Position numbers and translations under genes: made by a program. This document shows, piece by piece, positions 56,900 to 64,000 of a stretch of DNA of 64,000 nt; position 1 is the first letter of the stretch, and every line of letters begins with the position of its first letter. The DNA comes from Candidatus Palauibacter sp. (lineage in GTDB: Bacteria; Gemmatimonadota; Gemmatimonadetes; Palauibacterales; Palauibacteraceae). The DNA is taken from contig NZ_CBDANE010000005.1 of assembly GCF_965197445.1 (NCBI RefSeq), forward strand, positions 139,877 to 203,876, given 5' to 3'. Below the pieces are notes generated by a model that worked only from the letters and a program-made list of their open reading frames with translations, was not told where the DNA came from and made no database searches.

Positions 56900-59248
56900 A
56901 TGGATCGACGAGTGCTCTCGGTGGCGGCGGCGCTGGTCCTCGCGGTGCCGGCGGGCGTCGGCGCGCAGCAGTTCGGCGGTGCGCTGGCGGTGAGCGGCGA
57001 TCAGGTGCTGGTCGGCGAGGCCGGCAACGGGACGATGTCGGGGATCGTTTGGGTCTTCGGCCGAACCGCCGCGGGCTGGGCCGAGACAGGCCAGGTCACG
57101 GTGTCCGACGAGATACGGGTGCCGGACGGCTTCGGGCGCGCGATCGCCGCACGCGGGGAGTGGTTGTGGGCGGGCGCGCCGCTCGAAGGGGACGGCGCCG
57201 GCGCGGTCTACGTGTTCCGGGCGGACGGGTCGGGCGGCTGGGAGCAGGTCGCCCGGCTTGAAGCGCCGGGGGACGCGAGCGCGTTCGGGAGCGCGATCGC
57301 CCTCACCGGCGACGTAGCGATCGTGGCCGCACCCGGGGCGGAGAATGGCCGCGGGACTGTGTTCTCCTACGCCGTCGGCCCGGACGGGGGGTTGACCACC
57401 GGCCGGGCCGTGCGACCGCCGGACGGTGTGGCCGTCTCCGGTTTCGGCGCGGCGCTGGCGCTCGACGGCGGCACGCTGCTCGTAGGCACGCGCGAGGACG
57501 ATGGCGCGCCCCCCGCCGTGTTCGCGTTTGAGCCCAGCGGCGACGGCGCGTGGACGGCCGCCGGCCAACTCGAAGCGCCGTCGCTCTCGGAGCGGAGCAA
57601 CTTTGGCGCCACGCTCGCGCTGCGCGACGGTTTCGCGCTCGTGGGCGCCGCGACGATGAGGGAGAGCGGCGGAGCGGTGTTCGCGTTCGCACGCGGTCCG
57701 GAGGACTGGGCCCTGGAAGCCCGGCTCGGCCCGCTGCTGCCCGAACCCAACGCGCAGTTCGGGTCCTCCATCGGCTTTGATGGCGACGCGATCCTCATCG
57801 GGGCGGCGGGCAGTTCGTTCGGCGCCGGAACGCTGTACGCCTACCGGCGCGACGCGGACGGCCGCTGGAGCGAGGCGTCCGTACTGATGCGCTCGCCGCT
57901 CGGGGAGCGTTCCGGCTTCGGCAGCGCGACCGCCCGGTCAGGTGACCATCTCGTCATTGGGGCGACCGGCATGGATTCGCGCGCCGGCGCCGCTGTCGTC
58001 TACGAGCGGTCCGGCGGCGGCGCCTGGGAAGCGGCCGGAACTCTCGTGAACGACCACCGGGGCTTCCCCGCCATCGCGGGCGAGGAGATCGAGTGCACCG
58101 AAGGCCACGCCACGGTGTTCGAATGCCGGGACGTGAACATCACCGCGTTCATGCCGATCAAGGACCTTGGCGGCACCCGGGCCACGCGCGTCAACGACAT
58201 CTGGGGCTGGACGGACCCGGAAACGGGCCGCGAGATCGCGATCGTCGGCCGCACGGACGGCACCTCTTTCGTCGACGTCAGCGACCCCTACCGCCCGCGC
58301 TTTCTCGGCGACCTGCCGGCCACCGAGGGCTCGCGGCACATGATCTGGCGCGACATCAAGGTGTATCGCGATCACGCCTACATCGTCGCCGACGCCGCCC
58401 TCGAGCACGGGGTGCAGGTCTTCGATCTCCGGCAACTGCGAGACGTGGGGGACGAACCGGTGACGTTCGGGGAGACCTACCTCTACGACGGGATTCACTC
58501 GGCCCACAACATCGTCATCAACGAGGAGACCGGCTTCGCCTATACCGTCGGGAACAGCGGAGGAGGCGAGACCTGCGGCGGCGGCCTCCACATGCTGAAC
58601 CTCGAGGAACCCGGCCGGCCGGTCTTCGCCGGCTGTTTCGCGCAGGAGGGGACGGGGCGTCGCGGCACCGGCTACGTGCACGACGCGCAGTGCGTCACCT
58701 ACCGCGGGCCCGATACTGAACACGCCGGCAAGGAGATCTGCCTCGGGTCGAACGAGACGGCGTTCAACATCGCCGACGTGACGGACAAGGATGCGCCGGT
58801 TGCCCTGGCCACGATCGACTATCCGAACGTGGCCTATGCGCACCAGGGGTGGCTGACCGACGACCACCGCTACTTCTACATGAACGACGAGGGAGACGAG
58901 CCCCAGGGTCTCGTGCCCGGGACGCGCACGCTGGTGTGGGACGTGACGGATCTCGACGACCCCATCCTCGTCACCGAATACATCGCCGAGACGACGGCCA
59001 CGGACCACAACCTCTACATCGTCGGCGATCTCATGTACCAGTCGAACTACTCGGCCGGATTCCGGGTCCTCGACATCTCGGACCCCGAGAACCCGGTCGA
59101 GATCGGCTTCTTCGACACTTCGCCCTACGAGGGCGGCGCATCGTGGAGTAACTACCCGTACTTCGAGAGCGGGACGATTGCGGTGACGGGAACGGGCGAC
59201 GGGCTCTTCCTGCTCAAGAACATGGCGAGACCGCGCCTCGTGCCGTGA
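56900..59248 (+). CDS. Secreted beta-propeller protein: N-terminal FG-GAP-like repeats fused to a choice-of-anchor B (LVIVD) domain
   Basis: Signal peptide MDRRVLSVAAALVLAVPAGVGAQ. Repeated FG...G blades. The C-terminal 400 aa is paralogous to 31525-32868 (NDIWGWTDPETG, HMIWRDIKVY, GLHMLNLEEP, FRVLDISDPENP). Confidence 0.7.
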   Translation: MDRRVLSVAAALVLAVPAGVGAQQFGGALAVSGDQVLVGEAGNGTMSGIVWVFGRTAAGWAETGQVTVSDEIRVPDGFGRAIAARGEWLWAGAPLEGDGAGAVYVFRADGSGGWEQVARLEAPGDASAFGSAIALTGDVAIVAAPGAENGRGTVFSYAVGPDGGLTTGRAVRPPDGVAVSGFGAALALDGGTLLVGTREDDGAPPAVFAFEPSGDGAWTAAGQLEAPSLSERSNFGATLALRDGFALVGAATMRESGGAVFAFARGPEDWALEARLGPLLPEPNAQFGSSIGFDGDAILIGAAGSSFGAGTLYAYRRDADGRWSEASVLMRSPLGERSGFGSATARSGDHLVIGATGMDSRAGAAVVYERSGGGAWEAAGTLVNDHRGFPAIAGEEIECTEGHATVFECRDVNITAFMPIKDLGGTRATRVNDIWGWTDPETGREIAIVGRTDGTSFVDVSDPYRPRFLGDLPATEGSRHMIWRDIKVYRDHAYIVADAALEHGVQVFDLRQLRDVGDEPVTFGETYLYDGIHSAHNIVINEETGFAYTVGNSGGGETCGGGLHMLNLEEPGRPVFAGCFAQEGTGRRGTGYVHDAQCVTYRGPDTEHAGKEICLGSNETAFNIADVTDKDAPVALATIDYPNVAYAHQGWLTDDHRYFYMNDEGDEPQGLVPGTRTLVWDVTDLDDPILVTEYIAETTATDHNLYIVGDLMYQSNYSAGFRVLDISDPENPVEIGFFDTSPYEGGASWSNYPYFESGTIAVTGTGDGLFLLKNMARPRLVP

Positions 59249-59682
59249 GCTTCGAGGAAGGTCCGATCGTTCTCTTTGACGGCGTCTGCAACCTGTGTGC
59301 GGGCGCCGTCCGCTTCATCATCCCCCGCGACCGGCGCGGCCGGTTCCGCTTCGCCGCGCTCCAGTCGGAGGCCGGTCGCCGGATTCTCGCCGGTATCGGT
59401 GTGGAGGCGCCGGAGCCCGGCGAGACTCCCCGGTCGCTTGTCCTGGTTGCGAACGGGCGGGCCTATCTGAGGAGCGCCGCCGCCCTGCGCATCGCTGCGC
59501 GCCTGGACCGGGGCTGGCGGCTGGCCTCGGTTTTCCTCGTCGTCCCGGGCCCGCTGCGCGACCTCGTCTACCGCTTCGTGGCCCGGAACCGATACCGCTG
59601 GTTCGGCCGTGAGACGGCCTGCGATCTCCCACGAGCCGAGGAAGGCTGGCGGTTCCTCGACGCTGCTCGCGAGGTCCGCTGA
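59245..59682 (+). CDS. Thiol-disulfide oxidoreductase DCC family protein (DUF393)
   Basis: VLFDGVCNLCAGAVRF is the DCC motif. Confidence 0.8.
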   Translation: MSFEEGPIVLFDGVCNLCAGAVRFIIPRDRRGRFRFAALQSEAGRRILAGIGVEAPEPGETPRSLVLVANGRAYLRSAAALRIAARLDRGWRLASVFLVVPGPLRDLVYRFVARNRYRWFGRETACDLPRAEEGWRFLDAAREVR

Positions 59683-59710
59683 ACCTCGTGACGGGCCCGT
59701 TGCGCGGTCG

Positions 59711-60118
59711 CTAGAGCGAACCCCGCGGGGCGACCCACTCGGCTTTCTGTCCTGTGACGGCCGCGATCGTGTCGAAGTCCGCAGCGTAGTGGAGAATGGT
59801 CATGCGCGCGGCCTCCGCGGCGGCCGCAATGATGAGGTCCGGGATCGGCACCCGGTGCTGTGCGCGACGCGCCAGGAGTCCCTGCACCGCAATGGCCCGC
59901 TGGAAGATTACTTCGGTGAGTGGCACCTGACGGTAAGCCAGTGCACGCCGGGCGCGTGCCCGTGCGTGCTCTTCGTGATTCCCGGTGGAGTAGAGAACTT
60001 CCAGTTCCATGATGGCGCAGGTCGCTGCCTGGCCTGATTCGATGATCGGTGCGAGCCTCGCCTGGACACTCGGATGTGCGATGCGGGACAGCGCACTCTT
60101 GTCGATGAGGTAAGGCAC
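59711..60118 (-). CDS. vapC: PIN-domain toxin, VapC family
   Basis: MPYLIDKSALSRI...MELEVLYS...IPDLIIAAAAEAARMTILHYAADFD carries the conserved acidic residues of the PIN fold. Confidence 0.7.
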   Translation of the reverse strand: MPYLIDKSALSRIAHPSVQARLAPIIESGQAATCAIMELEVLYSTGNHEEHARARARRALAYRQVPLTEVIFQRAIAVQGLLARRAQHRVPIPDLIIAAAAEAARMTILHYAADFDTIAAVTGQKAEWVAPRGSL

Positions 60119-60138
60119 GTCCGTTCGATGAGACAGGT

Positions 60139-60348
60139 TCAGGAACGCCAGGCGCCGGCCATGACCTTCTCGTCGGCCAGTTCGAGTCCATCCATCTTCA
60201 CCAGGGCCTCGATTTCCTGGCGTCTAGCCTCCCGGCGCAAGACTTCGCGCAGAGCCGAGTCGATCGTCTCCTTGATGGAGGATGTCCCAAGCAGGATCCG
60301 TACCTGTTCGATCAGCCTGTCGTCAATTTCTACGCTGGTCTTTCTCAT
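60139..60348 (-). CDS. vapB: VapB-type antitoxin
   Basis: MRKTSVEIDDRLIEQVRILLGTSSIKETIDSALREVL. Confidence 0.65.
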   Translation of the reverse strand: MRKTSVEIDDRLIEQVRILLGTSSIKETIDSALREVLRREARRQEIEALVKMDGLELADEKVMAGAWRS

Positions 60349-60371
60349 TCGACACATCCCAGCCACCATGG

Positions 60372-60410
60372 AGGATATATAGATCGTTCCTATCTATATA
60401 TCTCCGTCGT
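60372..60410. promoter_or_regulatory. AT-rich imperfect palindrome upstream of vapB; likely operator/promoter
   Basis: GGAGGATATATAGATCG-ttc-CTATCTATATATCTCC. It is a local AT-rich island in a ~68% GC background and contains TATATA -10-like elements. Confidence 0.45.
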
Positions 60411-60493
60411 GCAAGTCAAGAGATCCCCGCAACACGGAACTCGCCGTCTTGATAGCTGGATGCGGCCAAGCCGGACACTGCGCCTGGCCCCTC

Positions 60494-60688
60494 GGAGGCG
60501 AGGGTTCGGCGGGGGCGGTACTGGTGTACCCGGTGTGGACTCGACACCCGACCGGCGGGGTTCAATTCCCCGCGCCTCCACCTCTCCCTCAACGAGGGTT
60601 CGGCGGGGGCGGTACTGGTGTACCCGGTAAGGGCTTGACACTCGACCGGCGGGGTTCGATTCCCCGCGCCTCCACCTTCCCCTCGACG
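60494..60688 (+). repeat. Tandem repeat (~94-bp period, two full units plus a partial) of tRNA-like modules with canonical T-arm and acceptor sequences
   Basis: Each unit contains CGGGGTTC(A/G)ATTCCCCG (a perfect T stem-loop), then CGCCTCC-A-CC, plus a conserved GGTAC-TGGT-GTACC hairpin. Only unit 1 has a complementary 5' GGAGGCG acceptor strand and a 5-bp/7-nt anticodon-like hairpin (GGTGT-GGACTCG-ACACC). Unit 2 lacks both. Confidence 0.5.
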
Positions 60689-60747
60689 TTTGAACCTATT
60701 CCGGGCTCGCAGCCGCGTAAAGCGACGACCCGGAGGGCGGCGTCCCG

Positions 60748-62589
60748 CTACGGAGTGCCGCGCTCGTAGACGACCCGGCCGCCGACGATCGTGTACAGGG
60801 CCTCGGCATCGAGCAGCCGCGCGGGGTCATCCCGCCCGGCTTCGACCAGATCGACGTCGAACACCGCGATGTCCGCCAGCTTGCCGGGCGTCAGGGTGCC
60901 CTTGATGTCCTCCTCGAAGGAGGCCCAGGCCGGGTTCCGCGTGTAGGCCTCGATCGCCTCCTCGATCGTCAACCGCTGCCCCGGGAACCAGCCCTCCGCC
61001 GGCTCGCCGCCCAGCGTCTGCCGGCTCACGGCCGCGTACAGCCCGTATTTCGGATGAAGGAAATAACGCGCCGCGTTCGTCCCCGGGCTGTCGCTCCCGA
61101 ACACAAGCACCGTGCCCGCGTCCTTCAGGGCGCGGAACGCGTACGCGCCCAGCGATCGCTCGGAGCCGATCCTCTCCTCCATCCAGCGCATGTCGTCCGA
61201 TATGTGGTACGGGTTCACCTCCGCCACGAGGTCGAGCTCGCCGAAGCGGTGGAAGTCCGCCTCCTCCACGACCTGTGCGTGGATCATCCTCCACCGGTGA
61301 TCCGCATCGATCATATCGTTCTCGCTCAACACGGCCTCAAACAGGTCGAGCAGGATCTTCACCGCCTTGTCGCCGATCGCGTGGATGTGGGGCGGGAGGC
61401 CCGTCGGCACGGCCTCCTGCATGAGCCGCTGGAGGTTCCCCTGCGGGAACTCGGTGTAGTTCTGCTCGCGCGTGAGCGAGAGCGCGAGGCCGTCGATCCC
61501 CTCGGGAAGCATGATCTGGCGCACGATGCCGAAGTTGCCGGGCGCGTGGTCGTATTCCTCGTAGAACATGGCGCTCGAGCCGCCCATGATGCCGTCCACC
61601 CATGCCTTGTAGCCGATGAAGCGGAGCCAGTCGTCGCCGAAGCCGCGGGTGATGCCGAGTCCGCCGGTGTGGGTCACGTTGTCGAGCGAGGGCCGGATGT
61701 TGATGCGGGCGGTCAGCTCGCCGCGCGCCCGCAGCTCCTGGTAGGCGCGCAGCTGCTCGGAGGAGGTGATGTCCTGGATCGTGGTCACGCCGCCCTCGCG
61801 CGCCTCGTTCAGCACCGCGCGGACCTCGGTGAGGCGCTGCTCGAACGACTTGGGCGTGATGGCCGCCCGGACGAGATCGACGGCGGAGCCCGTGAGGATG
61901 CCCGTGACCCGGCCGTCCGGGCCCCTGTCGATCGTGCCCCCCGGCGGGGGCGCGGTGGATTCGGTGATACCCGCCATCTCGAGCGCGAGGCTGTTGGCGA
62001 GGGACATCGAACGGTCGAAGCGATTGACCAGGACGGGGTGGTCCGGGGTCACGTCGTCGATGAGGTCGCGGTGCGGTGTGAACGGCCCGTCCGCCCCCGC
62101 GCCGCCGTCCCCTCCGCGGCCCGTCGAGCCGGCCTCCCACTGCTCGTAGGCCCCCCAGTCGCCGCGCGTGATCCAGCTCCCGGGCGCAAGACGTTCCGCC
62201 GCGCGCGCGATCTCCTCCGTAAACGCCCGCGGCTCGTGGACCTCGAGCAGGTTCACGCCGACGATGAGCGCCCCGGTGCTCTCCACATGCACATGGCCGT
62301 CGTTGAAGCCGGGCGAGACGAAGGCGCCGCCCAGGTCGATGACGCGCGTGTTCCCGCCCACGAGCGCCTGAGCCTCGGCATTGGAGCCGACTACGGCGAT
62401 GTGTTCACCGCGGATCGCGATCGCTTCGGCGGCGGGACGTCCCTCGTCGAGCGTGTACACGTCCCCGTTGATGAGGACGAGATCCGCAGGGTCTTCCGGT
62501 CCCCCGGCCGCGCAGGCGACAGTCACGGTCACGGTGGCCAGGATCACGGCGGCCAGCGCCGCCGACTTTGTTGCCCCAGGTCTCCTCAT
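60748..62589 (-). CDS. Amidohydrolase 3 family lipoprotein (metal-dependent hydrolase)
   Basis: Lipobox VTVTVACAAG. Metal motifs PGFNDGHVHV, HIHAIGD and VFGSDSPG. Confidence 0.75.
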   Translation of the reverse strand: MRRPGATKSAALAAVILATVTVTVACAAGGPEDPADLVLINGDVYTLDEGRPAAEAIAIRGEHIAVVGSNAEAQALVGGNTRVIDLGGAFVSPGFNDGHVHVESTGALIVGVNLLEVHEPRAFTEEIARAAERLAPGSWITRGDWGAYEQWEAGSTGRGGDGGAGADGPFTPHRDLIDDVTPDHPVLVNRFDRSMSLANSLALEMAGITESTAPPPGGTIDRGPDGRVTGILTGSAVDLVRAAITPKSFEQRLTEVRAVLNEAREGGVTTIQDITSSEQLRAYQELRARGELTARINIRPSLDNVTHTGGLGITRGFGDDWLRFIGYKAWVDGIMGGSSAMFYEEYDHAPGNFGIVRQIMLPEGIDGLALSLTREQNYTEFPQGNLQRLMQEAVPTGLPPHIHAIGDKAVKILLDLFEAVLSENDMIDADHRWRMIHAQVVEEADFHRFGELDLVAEVNPYHISDDMRWMEERIGSERSLGAYAFRALKDAGTVLVFGSDSPGTNAARYFLHPKYGLYAAVSRQTLGGEPAEGWFPGQRLTIEEAIEAYTRNPAWASFEEDIKGTLTPGKLADIAVFDVDLVEAGRDDPARLLDAEALYTIVGGRVVYERGTP

Positions 62590-62657
62590 GATTCGTCCTT
62601 GCAGAGAATCGGGCGCGGGGAGTCCTTCCTGCCCGCGCGTGACGGGATCTGTGAGGA

Positions 62658-63161
62658 TCACCGCGCCGGGATGCGCTCCCAGTGAAGCGTGTTCACGCCG
62701 CTTGCTACCATTTGCGGGTCCGGAGCGGTGCTCAGGATCAGCCGGTCCCGTCCCTCGAACCGGAACGAACGCGGCCGGTCCGAGTCGAGCCACTCCAGGT
62801 GGAGCGCGCCCTCCACATGATGGGTGACGACGCCCGCCTCGGGATCCACGGTGTATTCCCCGTAATAGGAGAAGTAGCCGCCGAGGATGAAAGTCCGCAT
62901 CTCTTCGGCGGTCGCGGTGGCCGTGTCCGGGAACACGCGGCCGGGCCGCATGAGTTGGGCGGACATGCGGCCGTTCGCCGTGTACACGACCTGGCCGGCG
63001 GGCGTCTCCCCATACGGCAGCGTCACCTCCCCGTCCGGCGTCCGCCGTTCCCACGAAACGAGACTCCACACGCCGACGAGGGGATGGTCCGGCTCGCGGG
63101 GCTCCGCCCCCGATTCGGGCGCACAACCAGCGATCAAGGCCAACGCAAGTGCGGCAAGCAT
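62658..63161 (-). CDS. Lipocalin-like domain lipoprotein
   Basis: Lipobox LALALIAGCAP. Conserved core LVGVWSLVSWERRTPDGEVTLPYGETPAGQVVYTANGRMSAQ shared with the next gene. Confidence 0.55.
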   Translation of the reverse strand: MLAALALALIAGCAPESGAEPREPDHPLVGVWSLVSWERRTPDGEVTLPYGETPAGQVVYTANGRMSAQLMRPGRVFPDTATATAEEMRTFILGGYFSYYGEYTVDPEAGVVTHHVEGALHLEWLDSDRPRSFRFEGRDRLILSTAPDPQMVASGVNTLHWERIPAR

Positions 63162-63351
63162 GCCGCTGCCTACGCGCGCGCACACGAATGAGTAACTGAT
63201 CAGAGGACCTCCGTGGGGGCGGCGCTGCCAATGGCTACCGCCCGTGGACGGTTTGCCGAGGGTCGGACCATGCCGACGGGGACCGACATCCTGTGGCCGA
63301 TGCGCGCGCCAGGGCAAGTTTTCTTGGGAATCCGACCCGCGTCGGCCCCGG

Positions 63352-63870
63352 TCAGCGACCGGAGACGCGCTCCCAAACGAGGGTGCCCACGGCGCCTCCG
63401 CCCCGCGCGGGGTCCGGTTCCGTACTCAGGATCAGTCGGTCCGGTCCATCGAAGGTGAACGAGCGCGGCCGATCGGAGCCGACCCAGCTCGGGAGCAGCG
63501 CCCCCTCCACGTGGTGCGTGACGACCGCCGCCTCCGAGTCGACGCTGTAGTCGCCGTAGTAGGAGAAGAAGCCGCCCAGGATCGCCTCCCGCATCTCCTC
63601 GCCGCTCGCCTCCGCAGCGTCGGGCAACTCCCGCCCCACCCGCATCAACTGGGCGGACATGCGGCCGGTCGCCGTATACGAGATCTGGCCGGCGGGATGC
63701 CCGTCGTAGGGGAGGGTCACCTGCCCGTCCGCCGACCGGCTCTCCCACGACGCGAGCGTCCACGCTCCGACGAAGGGATTGTCCGACGACGGCTCGGGGG
63801 CGCAAGCCGCGGTCAGGGCAAGGAGAATCACGGAATAAACGCCGCGCACTGGGGGAAGACTCGCCGACAT
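63352..63870 (-). CDS. Lipocalin-like domain lipoprotein (tandem paralog, ~60% identity)
   Basis: Lipobox LLALTAACAP. FVGAWTLASWESRSADGQVTLPYDGHPAGQISYTATGRMSAQ. Confidence 0.55.
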   Translation of the reverse strand: MSASLPPVRGVYSVILLALTAACAPEPSSDNPFVGAWTLASWESRSADGQVTLPYDGHPAGQISYTATGRMSAQLMRVGRELPDAAEASGEEMREAILGGFFSYYGDYSVDSEAAVVTHHVEGALLPSWVGSDRPRSFTFDGPDRLILSTEPDPARGGGAVGTLVWERVSGR

Positions 63871-64000
63871 GGGTTCCTCCGTTGGGCCGGGGCAGCCGAG
63901 GGTCTTCCGGAACGATATGCCTCCACCCGGCGTCCTACCACCATCGGGGTCTCGGCAGACGGGCGCATCTTCCATACCTTCCCACCTCGTTTCGAGTTGT

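Noticed and set aside
59682-59711. Possible terminator hairpin between the convergent DCC and vapC genes (GGGCCCG palindrome)
   Set aside because: The stem is only ~4 bp and has no U-tract, so it is too weak to call.
60494-60580. Calling unit 1 a bona fide tRNA gene, or a tmRNA/tRNA-Sec
   Set aside because: The T-arm and acceptor are canonical, but no standard D-arm fits. About 17 extra nt follow the acceptor, and the only 5/7 hairpin has G at position 33 and an ACT anticodon. The adjacent near-identical unit lacks acceptor pairing. It is too short for tmRNA. It was kept as a tRNA-like repeat pending tRNAscan/Infernal.
1-64000. CRISPR arrays, rRNA genes, integrase/recombinase genes, prophage structural genes
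   Set aside because: No short regularly spaced direct repeats, no rRNA-like conserved stretches, and no tyrosine/serine recombinase or capsid/terminase motifs were seen in any frame.

Overview
This is a high-GC (~68%) chromosomal window. Its gene content (DUF1552/DUF1592 pair, choice-of-anchor-B and NHL beta-propeller lipoproteins, S9 and M14 peptidases) suggests a Gemmatimonadota/Planctomycetota-like lineage, though that is an inference from content only.

The window splits into two parts:
- **Positions 1 to ~22,300: a decayed accessory/mobile region.**
  - Mobile-element debris: IS-end remnants, a frameshifted IS3-family element and a transposase fragment.
  - Resistance and toxin modules: three copies or fragments of an Erm-like 23S rRNA adenine methyltransferase gene (one intact, one split by a ~475 bp insertion, one 115 bp stub) and a higBA toxin-antitoxin module plus an orphan higA fragment.
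  - Defence-like genes: a divergent AbiE-like pair, an orphan AAA+ ATPase, an XRE-ImmA/IrrE-type fused regulator followed by a three-gene overlapping operon of unknown function, and an ArsR regulator.
  - Decayed genes: several pseudogenes (ureohydrolase, SAM-methyltransferase, Abi_2, VOC).
- **Positions ~22,300 to 64,000: mostly ordinary housekeeping and secreted-protein genes.** These include SDR, M20 peptidase, DUF3667, two VapBC pairs, a canonical AbiEi/AbiEii pair, two S9 peptidases, two choice-of-anchor-B proteins, an NHL repeat protein, an ankyrin protein, the DUF1552/DUF1592 pair, a Big_2-LRR-zincin metalloprotease fusion, a PQQ sugar dehydrogenase, amidohydrolases, GNAT, NhaC, MOSC, Nramp, an M14 carboxypeptidase, a DCC oxidoreductase, two lipocalin-like lipoproteins, and an odd tandem tRNA-like repeat.

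Many long ORFs in the six-frame track are GC-frame artefacts antisense to real genes and were not called. All family assignments rest on motifs read from the translations; no searches were run.
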